From a virus (Duplodnaviria > Heunggongvirae > Uroviricota > Caudoviricetes), in IMG/VR virus record IMGVR_UViG_3300029305_004950, positions 255,627 to 319,626 of that record: a DNA stretch of 64,000 bases. One strand, 5' to 3'. The notes beneath the pieces are model-generated. The model was not told where the DNA came from, searched no databases, and saw nothing but the letters and a program-made list of their open reading frames with translations. Made by a program: the position numbers and the translations under genes. Positions 1-9,519 of this stretch are shown here, piece after piece; position 1 is the first letter of the stretch; the number at the start of each line of letters is the position of its first letter.

Positions 1-243
1 ATTTTAGATATTCCTGAAATTATTGATTCTTTAAATAAACCTTATTGTGAAGATCTTAAATTTGATTTTTATCAATTTTGTGGATTTATTATAGAAAAAA
101 GAAACGAATTAGATAAGTATTACATTTACATTTCTAATACTATTAAGAATCTAAAAATTCTTAATTCTGATGATCCAATTGTAGATTTTATGCTTAAACC
201 CTACAAGGATCATACAAAAATTTCTGAAGATTGTGAGAGATGA
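1..243 (+). CDS. 3' end of a hypothetical protein (runs off window start)
   Basis: Frame 1 is open from base 1 to TGA at 241-243, overlapping the next ATG (ATGA coupling). Confidence 0.7.
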   Translation: MLDIPEIIDSLNKPYCEDLKFDFYQFCGFIIEKRNELDKYYIYISNTIKNLKILNSDDPIVDFMLKPYKDHTKISEDCER

Positions 244-1037
244 CTATGACTTTTACCTTCTTAAAAAAAGAGGAAGATAAAGTTGTATTTGTTGGAAACA
301 GACTTGATATATACATTCCTAAGTCTTATTTTGACGAAGATATGTTAGCAGAAGAATTAGGAACTGAAGTAAAGACTATAGGATGCTTTGTTATGAAGTA
401 TTATAAAGATCCTGAATCAAATAAGTATGATACCTATCAGTTATCATTACCTGAAGATATAACATTTTCATTCTCAGAATTTCAAGATAATGTAAAAGAA
501 GTTTTGATTGAAAGAGATTTCAATGATGACGATGAAAATGGTGATATAGATAGTGATGATAACACAGAAGATACTTATAGAGTTTTTACTTTATATCAAA
601 ATGATTCTTTTATAAGTAACTTAAATCATGCTAAATCCTATAAAAATACAGAAAAACTAGTAAAGCTACATCAAAAAGGTAAACTACCTAAATCTATTAG
701 ATATAGTGACTTTATTAAGCTTTATATAGAAAATATGGATACTAATAGTACTGACCTACAAGTTCCTTCATTAATTCTAGAACTTACTATTTCTGAGTTA
801 GCTAGATATAAACGAAACCCTGAAATTCCATTCAGACAAGTTATAGGAAAAAGTAATACTAAAGTATCTGAATTAGATTACAAGCAGGTTTCTATAAAAG
901 AATTAGCTATGTTAACTTCAACATTTACAGCTATGACTAGTGAGAATATCAATAAAGCTATTACTTATTCAGTTTCTAAATCTAGAACTGGTGGTAAAGA
1001 ATCTGAAACACCTATAGAACCAACAATAAAGTATTAA
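240..1037 (+). CDS. Probable small RNA polymerase subunit corresponding to the beta-prime C-terminal end
   Basis: C-terminal ELTISEL...VSIKELAMLTSTFTAMTSENINKAIT resembles beta-prime region H ([25 protein letters not shown]); phiKZ-like phages split beta-prime into several polypeptides. Confidence 0.5.
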   Translation: MTMTFTFLKKEEDKVVFVGNRLDIYIPKSYFDEDMLAEELGTEVKTIGCFVMKYYKDPESNKYDTYQLSLPEDITFSFSEFQDNVKEVLIERDFNDDDENGDIDSDDNTEDTYRVFTLYQNDSFISNLNHAKSYKNTEKLVKLHQKGKLPKSIRYSDFIKLYIENMDTNSTDLQVPSLILELTISELARYKRNPEIPFRQVIGKSNTKVSELDYKQVSIKELAMLTSTFTAMTSENINKAITYSVSKSRTGGKESETPIEPTIKY

Positions 1038-1044
1038 AAAGCAT

Positions 1045-1082
1045 ACTTCCATTACCTTATTTTGAGGTAATGGAAGTTTTTA
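1045..1082 (+). terminator. Intrinsic terminator
   Basis: ACTTCCATTACCT/AGGTAATGGAAGT stem followed by a T run. Confidence 0.8.
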
Positions 1083-1094
1083 TTATTTTTTCAG

Positions 1095-1106
1095 AACAAG
1101 ATATTA
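1095..1106 (+). promoter_or_regulatory. Late promoter-like motif AACA-N6-TA upstream of tail sheath
   Basis: AACA AGATAT TA; the same motif recurs upstream of many structural genes and matches the AR9 late consensus. Confidence 0.6.
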
Positions 1107-1298
1107 GATCAAGAAAAATAAAGATACAATTTTATATAATTGCATTATGTGGTATAGGTTTATACCTATATTTTAAAACAAATATATAAAACATCTTTTA
1201 TATTTACAAATCTTAAAAATTTAAAATAAAAGAAAGGAGGATTCTGCTGTAAGAAATTATTAAGATTATACTATATTTTTACACAGCAGAAAAAACTT

Positions 1299-4265
1299 AT
1301 GGCAAATATTAATTATGTACATCCTTCTGTAAGCAGTACCATTACTGACAATTCTACCGTATATATAACCGCTTCAGGTACTACTAAGTTATTTGCTGTC
1401 TTTACCTCTGAAAAAGGTGTAGATAATAAAATCAAAATGATGACTTCTGTCTCTGAATTTGTGTTTAACTACGGTGAGCCTAATATGAAATTATATGGTC
1501 AGACTGGCTATAATATCGTTAATTGGCTTAATGCTGGTGGTGTAGTATATTGCTTACGTGTACTTCCTGGTGATGCAGGTTATGCAAATGCTATTGTAAA
1601 CATTCAAACTAAGGTTTCTACTAAACAAGTTCTAAATGCAAATGGTGAATTTGTAGATGTTGATAATGTAGAATTAAGACCTTGTGTTACTTATACCAAA
1701 GTTAATAATAAAGAAATAACTGATATTAACTTCAATGAATTAAGACGATCTACTGATAAAACTGTTGATCATTATGATAATAATATGATCTTTGCAGTTA
1801 TTCCTAAAGGCAGAGGTTCTGGTTATAATGATTTAGGTTTTAGAATTAATTTAAATGATGCTTATGATTCTACTTATGAGTTCAGACTTTATGATTTTGA
1901 AGTAACTAAAACTTCTGAATCTGGAAGTGTTTCCACTGTCCAAGGTCCTTTCCTTGTTTCATTAGATCCCGATGCAATGTCTTATAGTGGTTCTTCTTTA
2001 TTCATTGTTGATGTTATTGAAAAATATTGTGATTATTTTACTATTATTTTCAATGAAGACAATTATGAAAAACTAGCTAAGATTATTAACTCCGATCCCG
2101 ATGTACATCCTAATAGAATTGATGTCTTCAGTGGTAAAACTCGTTTTGTTGATGGTGAGTATGAAACTTATTATGATGAACGTACCTTAAAAAATGAAGA
2201 TATTCATATGTCTCTTATCTGTTACGTCAATGGTATAGCTACTGATGAAAGAAATATTGTTGACGTAAGAGATGAGGTTGAAGCTGAAATTGCATCAGTC
2301 GATACTTCTTATCGTAATGGTTTATATGAACGCCATAATGATTCCTTTAATAGAATTAAAAAAGCATTAGGTGTAGTTAGAAAGATCCAAAACAATAAGG
2401 GTGATGCTAATAACTTTACTTCTATTAGTTTGGATACTATTAAGGATAAGGATGGTTCTAATCCTGCAACTTTAGGTGCTGGTATTGAGAATTTAGAAAA
2501 AGATACTACTGTTGAAAAAGCTTATTCAGATTTTAATGACTATAAAGATGTATTAGAAACTAAAAATTCTGTTGAAGGTGATATTGGTGAAGAAGATTAT
2601 AATATCGCCAATTCATTAATGTATACTTTATCTAGTAGTATAGATAATTTACTCAATCAAATGTATGAACTTTATGATTATTCTAGAATCGGTCAAGGAT
2701 CAAATCTTTCTCATTCATCAGATGATTATATTAACATTTTAGACGCTTTAAAAAATATTGAAAGTAATATAAAAAATATTATCACTTATGATCTTAACTG
2801 TACTAGATATAAAAATCTAATAACCAATTTATTAGAAAAATATACTGAGCTAGATATTTCTAATAGTAATTCTGAAAAAGAAGAATTTTTCTTTGAATTT
2901 ATTGGTAAATGTGAAAAGATTTTAGGATTTTTAGATAATATTACTGATAGATATAGTGAAGAAGACAGTATCAAATTTGCTAATGGTAAATTAACTGAAG
3001 CTGAATCTTTATTAAATTCTATTAAAAATGATTATGATATCTTAACAGATAAATATACTTTATTCGATGATTACACAGAAACTATGGATGCTGCATGGGA
3101 AACTATTGAACGTTTACTATCATCTACTAGTTTAGTTTTTGCAATTAATCTATCCTTACTAGAGTATAAAACTAAAATTTATAATTCTATTGAGAATAGT
3201 ATAAAAAATACTAAAACTTTAATTATTTCTCTTATTGGTGATATTGCAAGTAATATAGCTTCTATTAAATATGATACTGCTAAAACTGCTGTTGATAATG
3301 TAAAAGCTAAGATGGAACAATTAGAACAAAATACTTATATTACTAGACTTCAGAACTATGATTCTTTTATTAATTTAAGATATGGTACAGATGGTTCTAT
3401 TGAAAATGCTGCATGGGCTAATAATAAAGAAATAGAACAATTAATAGCTAAGGGTTATAGTGGTGAAATTGATCCTAGTTTAGAAGATAAAGATCAGTGG
3501 CCTATTGATATGGTACTTGATGCTAAATATCCTGTATCTATTAAAAATGCTATTGCTAATCTATGTACTGAAATTCGTAATGACTTTATTGGTATTTTAG
3601 ATACTGAAGATCAGCCTGATTGCGATAAAGTAATCGAGTATAGAAAGAATTCTATCAGTGTTAATAACTTCCGTTTAGCTATTTTCACTCAGACCTTTAT
3701 AGTCGATGATGTTAAGTATACTGGTAATAATATTGAAGTTTCTCCTACTTATTTCTTAGCATCCAAAATTCCTGCTAATGATAATAACTATGGTATCCAT
3801 TGGAACTTTGTTGGTCCTCGTCGTGGTACTATTTCTGGCTTTAAGTCTATTAACTTCTTACCTAATTCTTTAGAAAGAGAAGATCTTTATATTAAACAGA
3901 TTAACTATGTACAGCAAGACCAGGTTTCTACCAGATTTGGTTCTCAGTTAACTTCTCAGACTACTGTTTCTGCTCTATCTAACATCAGTTGTGTTCGTAC
4001 TTTATTACGTATTCAGCGTGATGTTGAAGATTTAATGAAGAACTATCAGTTCGAATTTAATGATGACATTACTATTACTAATGCACAGACTGCTCTAAAC
4101 TCCTACTTAAATCAGTGGATTTCTAATAGAGCTTGTGATAATATCACTGGTACTGTTTATGCATCTGATTATGATAGACAACAGAAGCTACTTCGTGTTA
4201 AGATTGAACTTGTCTTCAATTCTATCATTGAAAGAATTGCTATTGACCTAATTGTCAATAACTAA
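1299..4265 (+). CDS. Tail sheath protein with large central insertion
   Basis: N-terminal YVHPSV...SEFVFNYGEP; C-terminal WNFVGPRRG, INYV, SALSNISCVRTL, YQFEFND and IERIAIDLIV are typical of contractile sheath proteins. Confidence 0.9.
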   Translation: MANINYVHPSVSSTITDNSTVYITASGTTKLFAVFTSEKGVDNKIKMMTSVSEFVFNYGEPNMKLYGQTGYNIVNWLNAGGVVYCLRVLPGDAGYANAIVNIQTKVSTKQVLNANGEFVDVDNVELRPCVTYTKVNNKEITDINFNELRRSTDKTVDHYDNNMIFAVIPKGRGSGYNDLGFRINLNDAYDSTYEFRLYDFEVTKTSESGSVSTVQGPFLVSLDPDAMSYSGSSLFIVDVIEKYCDYFTIIFNEDNYEKLAKIINSDPDVHPNRIDVFSGKTRFVDGEYETYYDERTLKNEDIHMSLICYVNGIATDERNIVDVRDEVEAEIASVDTSYRNGLYERHNDSFNRIKKALGVVRKIQNNKGDANNFTSISLDTIKDKDGSNPATLGAGIENLEKDTTVEKAYSDFNDYKDVLETKNSVEGDIGEEDYNIANSLMYTLSSSIDNLLNQMYELYDYSRIGQGSNLSHSSDDYINILDALKNIESNIKNIITYDLNCTRYKNLITNLLEKYTELDISNSNSEKEEFFFEFIGKCEKILGFLDNITDRYSEEDSIKFANGKLTEAESLLNSIKNDYDILTDKYTLFDDYTETMDAAWETIERLLSSTSLVFAINLSLLEYKTKIYNSIENSIKNTKTLIISLIGDIASNIASIKYDTAKTAVDNVKAKMEQLEQNTYITRLQNYDSFINLRYGTDGSIENAAWANNKEIEQLIAKGYSGEIDPSLEDKDQWPIDMVLDAKYPVSIKNAIANLCTEIRNDFIGILDTEDQPDCDKVIEYRKNSISVNNFRLAIFTQTFIVDDVKYTGNNIEVSPTYFLASKIPANDNNYGIHWNFVGPRRGTISGFKSINFLPNSLEREDLYIKQINYVQQDQVSTRFGSQLTSQTTVSALSNISCVRTLLRIQRDVEDLMKNYQFEFNDDITITNAQTALNSYLNQWISNRACDNITGTVYASDYDRQQKLLRVKIELVFNSIIERIAIDLIVNN

Positions 4266-4375
4266 TTTATGAACTAATTATTAGACCAATAATTACGGTT
4301 GAGAGGATAGAAAACAATCTTTTCTATCCTCTCACATTAAAAATCTAACTTCTAAAATTTGAAAGGAGAAAACTT

Positions 4376-5236
4376 ATGTTAAGACATGACTCTAATAACG
4401 TAATTGTCTTTAATGGTAATAATGGTCCTGCAAGTACTAAAAGTTTCTTTAATGGATCTTATAATACTATGATGCTAGACTTTGATCCTCTAGTTTCTGG
4501 CTATTCTTTCTTTAAGTGGATTGTAGTTCCTTCTTGGGTTCTTCAGGCTTTCCCTGATTTCCAAGCAATGACTGAGAAAAATTTCCTTTCTGGTTTCTCT
4601 CTCGGTGATATTGAACTACAGACTACTCAAGTTACTCATGGTTTTGCAGCTAATGAATACAACATTGCTTCTACTATGAATAAAGCTAATACTGAATTCT
4701 CTATTACTCATCGTGAATTCTCTGGATCTCCTATTCGTAATATGTATCAGTATTGGATTACTGGCGTTCGTGATCCTGAAACTGGTATTGCTACTTATCC
4801 TAGAGTTCATGGTACTGACTATGCAGCTAAGAACCATACTGGCGAAATTATCTATATTGTAACTCGTCCTGATGCTAATAACGTTGGACGTAACAATATT
4901 GAATTTGCATGTTATTACACTGCTGTTATGCCTACTCGTATTATGTTATCTCAGTTTGCATTTACTCATGGTACTCATGATGCAGTAGAATATGAACAGA
5001 ATTTCCGTGGTGTTTTCCATATGTCTTCTAAGGTTGATGCTTTTGCTAAACAAGTCTTAGACGAAAAAGTCTATGGCTTTATGGAACTTGGTGAATTCGA
5101 TCCTACTACTCCTGATGCTGGTAAGTTAACTATGGATGAAAGCTTTATTGCTGATACCAGAGTTGGTGAAACTGGTGCTTATGGATATACTGACGTTGAT
5201 CGTGGTTTAGGCGGCTCAGCTCAGAATTATATCTAA
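4376..5236 (+). CDS. Tail tube protein
   Basis: Directly follows sheath; ITHREFSGSPIRNMYQYWITGVRDPETG is the gp19-like W..(D)P.TG pattern. Confidence 0.8.
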   Translation: MLRHDSNNVIVFNGNNGPASTKSFFNGSYNTMMLDFDPLVSGYSFFKWIVVPSWVLQAFPDFQAMTEKNFLSGFSLGDIELQTTQVTHGFAANEYNIASTMNKANTEFSITHREFSGSPIRNMYQYWITGVRDPETGIATYPRVHGTDYAAKNHTGEIIYIVTRPDANNVGRNNIEFACYYTAVMPTRIMLSQFAFTHGTHDAVEYEQNFRGVFHMSSKVDAFAKQVLDEKVYGFMELGEFDPTTPDAGKLTMDESFIADTRVGETGAYGYTDVDRGLGGSAQNYI

Positions 5237-5290
5237 TCTAGTTTAAATAAATATAGACTATATCCTTTATGGATATAGTCTATATTTTTA

Positions 5291-5980
5291 TTAGAATCCT
5301 CCCATTCCTCCGCCCATTGATGATGCGTCATCAGTAGGTTCAATAGAAGAATTTTTAATAGAAGTCTCTGTTTTATTAACTTTTGCGGATTCAAGGATTT
5401 TATCGTATTTACTCCAATCAAAAGTATTAAGAATATCTTTAGTTAATTCTCGTCTAAATTCAGTTTGTAATTCAGCATTATCCTGAGATACCATAGTGTT
5501 AGTTATAAAATCTATTATATCTCTAGAATTATTGATACGTTCAGTTATAGTAGTCATGTTAAGTGCTTGAGGGGGAGGGAATTTAACAGATAGTTGTTCT
5601 AGATTGAAATAAGTATCTTTTAATTCTGCTCTAGTTTTAGCTACATGATCCTTTTCTTCTTCAGTATCAACTAATACGGTATCATCTTTAGGCTTTTGAT
5701 TAAGTTTCTTTAGTTTCTTTTCAGCTTTCTTAAGATCATAATCATTAAGGTATTCATTCTGATATAGTAAACGGAACATCTTAGTGAATTGTTCACCTAA
5801 AATCTTCTGCCAAACAAGAATAGAACGAACAAACTTACCGTTCATCATTCCTAGTGATCTAGCAAATTCTGTTTGTTCAGAATAACTTAAGAATTCAGGG
5901 GGAATACCCATACCAGAAATCATAGACTTTAATAGATATTCTAAGAAATCATTAGTGATCTCTACATTCATGCCAGGGAT
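5291..5980 (-). CDS. Portal protein, exon 3
   Basis: Begins IPGMNVE...FLEYLLKSMISGMGIPPEFL (T4 gp20-like); the ORF-track ATG at 5981-5983 is the intron 3' end. Confidence 0.85.
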   Translation of the reverse strand: MPGMNVEITNDFLEYLLKSMISGMGIPPEFLSYSEQTEFARSLGMMNGKFVRSILVWQKILGEQFTKMFRLLYQNEYLNDYDLKKAEKKLKKLNQKPKDDTVLVDTEEEKDHVAKTRAELKDTYFNLEQLSVKFPPPQALNMTTITERINNSRDIIDFITNTMVSQDNAELQTEFRRELTKDILNTFDWSKYDKILESAKVNKTETSIKNSSIEPTDDASSMGGGMGGF

Positions 5981-6193
5981 CATAGTTGTTAATACAAGTC
6001 TATTAAGCTTGCACCTTTTGAATTATGCTCTAGATTTTAAACTAGAGATCAGACTATATCTTCTATGTTTTCTATATCCAATGTATTTACATCGTACTAT
6101 ATAGTCGTTGAACCTTATTTAAAAGGCTGCTGATTGTACGTTAAGCATTTTCCAGCAATTAAGAAAATTTAGAGACACCTACCCTAAACTTTA
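5981..6193 (-). ncRNA. Minimal group I intron (213 nt, no ORF) in portal gene
   Basis: Minus-strand P AATTGCTGGAAA, Q AATCAGCAG, R GTTCAACGACTA, S AAGATATAGTC; P1 AGACACU/GGUGUCU with U-G; terminal G at 5981. Confidence 0.9.
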
Positions 6194-6241
6194 AGTGTCT
6201 ATTTCAACAGGTTTTTGTCCTTCAACTACAGGAATGTAATA
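6194..6241 (-). CDS. Portal protein, 48-nt exon 2 (YYIPVVEGQKPVEIDT)
   Basis: Joining gives FQD-YYIPVVEGQKPVEIDT-IPG, matching the T4 gp20 motif DYWL...EVDTLPG in frame. Confidence 0.88.
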
Positions 6242-7342
6242 CTTTGCTTATTATTTCAGAGTTTGTTAAACTCTAAACTCATATTTTCATATGAGAATAG
6301 ACTATATCTTCAACTATCTTTATAGTTGTTTCATACAGAGTATACAACTTATATACTACATAGTCTTTGAACCTTTTATAAGGCTGCTGATTGATCTGTC
6401 AAGTATTTCTTCTAGATTTTTATAATCTTTTCTATCAAATCTTAGAAGAGTTATTCCATTATTTTTACAATATTCGTCTTTTATCTGATCTCTAATTTTG
6501 GTGATTTTCAAACTTTCAGGATCTTTATTCCATCCTTTTTTATGTTGCTCACCATCAAATTCAATTGCAATATTATAATCTGGTAAATAAAAATCTAATC
6601 TTAATTTTTCGATATAAACCAAATCGTCAAACTTCTTTTCTGAAACAAAATTAAAATTTTTTGATTCTAAGAATGATTGAATCTTTTCTTCAGCTCTAGA
6701 ACCATGTCTACATCCACATCCATATCCTGCTTTAAAATTGTAATACATTGTTTCATAAAGATGTTTACAATAAGGACATAATAAACGTAGTTTATATCCT
6801 TTTTCAGACATTTGAATTATTGATTTATTTATATCATCATCAAAAAAATCATAATTACTATTATTAACAAATTCTATTATTTCTTTTCTTTTATTAATTT
6901 CTTTACTTTTATTTACACGTTTTAATTTACAATCAAATTCTGGACATCTTGATCCTTTTTTGAATTTATCAAATCTTACTATATAATCACCATGTCCACA
7001 TTTATCATTAGTTTTTATAAAAAGACGATTATGTTTTGATTTAGAATCTTCTTCTAATTTATAAAGACATTCAAAATATCTATCGGACTCATTTATTTCT
7101 AATAAATGATCTTTAATAGCTTTAATGTCTTTTATAATTCGATTTTCAGAACAAACTATATCGGAATCAAATTTTACTATAATTCCATCAATAATTTTAT
7201 TTATCATAAAACTGCCCCCTAGAAACTATTTTTAATAAATTGTTGTTTCTAGTACCCAGTTTTAAATATACTTGTACAGATTTTTCCAGCAATTCTTGAA
7301 ATAATTCTCTATACTATCACTAATATAGACGACTATTATTTA
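6242..7342 (-). mobile_element. Group I intron (1101 nt) with endonuclease ORF, in portal gene
   Basis: P ~7282-7294, Q ~6383-6392, R ~6361-6372, S ~6300-6311; exon 1 ends in U (GAU) and the intron ends in G at 6242. Confidence 0.9.
6356..7207 (-). CDS. Intron-encoded putative homing endonuclease (Zn-binding repeats plus Vsr/DUF559-like PD-(D/E)xK domain)
   Basis: CGH...RCP and CPYCKH...GYGCGC modules; SRAEEKI...LRLDFYLPDYNIAIEFDGEQH...D.IKDEYC..NGITLLR. Confidence 0.85.
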   Translation of the reverse strand: MINKIIDGIIVKFDSDIVCSENRIIKDIKAIKDHLLEINESDRYFECLYKLEEDSKSKHNRLFIKTNDKCGHGDYIVRFDKFKKGSRCPEFDCKLKRVNKSKEINKRKEIIEFVNNSNYDFFDDDINKSIIQMSEKGYKLRLLCPYCKHLYETMYYNFKAGYGCGCRHGSRAEEKIQSFLESKNFNFVSEKKFDDLVYIEKLRLDFYLPDYNIAIEFDGEQHKKGWNKDPESLKITKIRDQIKDEYCKNNGITLLRFDRKDYKNLEEILDRSISSLIKGSKTM

Positions 7343-9133
7343 ATCTTGGAACGTTCCTATAGCATTTAAAAGAGTATTAATATCTTGACCAAAGTTACTC
7401 ATCTTAATATCTTTAGTCTTAATATCTCTCATGAACTGTTGTACTACAGCTTCAGTATCATTATCAAGATCTACCTCAACATAAAAAGCACGTTTCTCAG
7501 GTGATCTTACTAGTCTTAACATAACCTGTGAAGTTAAAACTGCTAAATATAGCTTAGCACTAAATAGAATGGATTTATAAATACTATCATAGTAATCTTC
7601 AGTACCACTACCGAAGTGTACTACTTCACTAGCTTTCAAATAAATCATTCTAACTTGTTTATTAAGTAAGTAATTCTGCTTTAGTAACTGATAGACAGTA
7701 TTTTTAAAATCAGGATTTTTATTGATAAACTTCTTATCAATTTTCTTTGCCATATTCTTAACAAAGACATCAGTTATTAATCTATACTTAGCATTAATGA
7801 TATCTGGTTTTTCATTTGCCTGTGATTTAAAAGAAGTAAAGATGTTAGAAGATACACTGTAACTACCAGTAGTTAGCATATCAGCATTATTTTCTAGATT
7901 CTCAATATAGTAGTAACCATATTCAAAGTCATCTAAAACTAGCTTAATAACTCTCTCAGGTTTTAGTACTTTTAATACAGAACCACCTACTCGAATTTCA
8001 TCAGTAGATTTAGTTTTAGAGAAAGGATTTAGATTCTTTCTATCTTCTTTATTTTGGCTTTGGAAATTATTGAATAAGTTTTTCTTACTACTAATTCCAA
8101 ATTGTTTAGATATCTCTACATTGTCTTCTAATAGACAAGATGAATCCTCTGTAAAAACAAAGTTCTTATTTAGAATCTCAGCTATATCATGTGAGAGCCT
8201 TTGTTTAGCTTCATTAAATACTTTTACTTCCTCGTTATAGATTTTTAAGTCATGTTGATAAGCTTCATTTAGTTTTTTCTTATCAGTATAATTTTTATAA
8301 TCAGATATTGAAGGAGGATTATTCTGAGGGATTTTTACATTAGATAAATCAAACATTTCAGCTAGTTGAACAATTTCATCATCAGTTAAAGTAATATCTG
8401 ATTCTGTTAAAGACTTATTAGTAGCTTCCATACTACTTTTATAATCTTCAGATAACATTACTTTTGAAATTTCATCGTTCATCTTTAAAACTGCAACAAA
8501 TTGATCGCCTAATTTTAAAGTTTCTTTTATAATTCTCTTACATTGAGTGTCTAATTTATACTTTTTAATTAGATCCTTACAATTATCGATTATCTTAACA
8601 TTTTCACCTTTATTTTCTGTAGTAGAAATAATAACATCATCTAGATAGATGTTAAAGATATCTTTAGTAAAATCATCAGGTGACATTATATTATCGACAT
8701 AAGTATCCAAGGCTTGAGCCATCTGGGGTATATTCTCATAGATTAGCTGATAACTACTATAAAGTTGGAAACGTCCTGATTCTTGACTGAATAATTCATT
8801 CATAGAATAGATATCAGTATTATTTACCATACTTTCAATATCTGAAAGTTGTTTTTTAACATGTTCTGTTTTTGCAGAACGACTAGGACGACCAACATTA
8901 GAATTATGTTTCATGTTAACTGCATTAAAAAATTCTATGATATCATCACCAGTAGATTTCTTATATCTAAACATAACACTATCTATAGTATTTCTAATGT
9001 CAGAAAGATCTTTATAGTTATCATCTGCAAATTTTTCAGTAGTTCCATATAATTCAGATGTAGACAATTTAGATACAGCTCTAAATTGATCTAGCTGATC
9101 TTTTAAAGTTAATTCTTTTTTCTTATCCGCCAA
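7343..9133 (-). CDS. Portal protein, exon 1 (spliced product ~842 aa)
   Basis: ALDTYVDNIMSPD and RLVRSPEKRAFYVEV (gp20 RAPERRVFYID); TTG start with RBS and an AACA-N6-TA motif at 9165-9176. Confidence 0.88.
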
Positions 9134-9273
9134 AATATACTCACCTTCCTTTCTTTGAAAGTTTTATTGTATTGTTTTTGTTATATTAGATTGTAAAAGA
9201 TTAAAAATTGTTAGAAATATATATTTTAATGATAGAAAATTAAAAATAACTTTTAATTAAATATTTTATACGA

Positions 9274-9519
9274 ATGAAAAGGAGTTGCTTAATTTTGGCA
9301 AATAGTATTGAAAACAATATCTTTAACGATTTTTCATCTGATCAAACAGTAAGTGAAGTTATGATGAAGAAAAAACCGACTGAAACAGATGAAAAGAATG
9401 TTAAAAAAATCTTATTTGATTTTGGTATTAAAAAAATTGAAATTCCAAAATTTAATACACGTTTAGAACTACAACATTTTATGCGTGAAAAAATTAGAGA
9501 AAAACTAAATGAACCATAA
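9274..9519 (+). CDS. Hypothetical protein
   Basis: Short ORF after a TATATATTTTA motif, overlapping the polymerase ORF; the start may be the TTG at 9295 after an AAGGAG RBS. Confidence 0.55.
   Translation: MKRSCLILANSIENNIFNDFSSDQTVSEVMMKKKPTETDEKNVKKILFDFGIKKIEIPKFNTRLELQHFMREKIREKLNEP

Noticed and set aside
5981-5983. ATG start of a separate 230-aa gene (likewise TTG 26515 and ATG 23870)
   Set aside because: These are intron 3' ends or internal codons; splicing joins them into the portal and RNAP beta genes.
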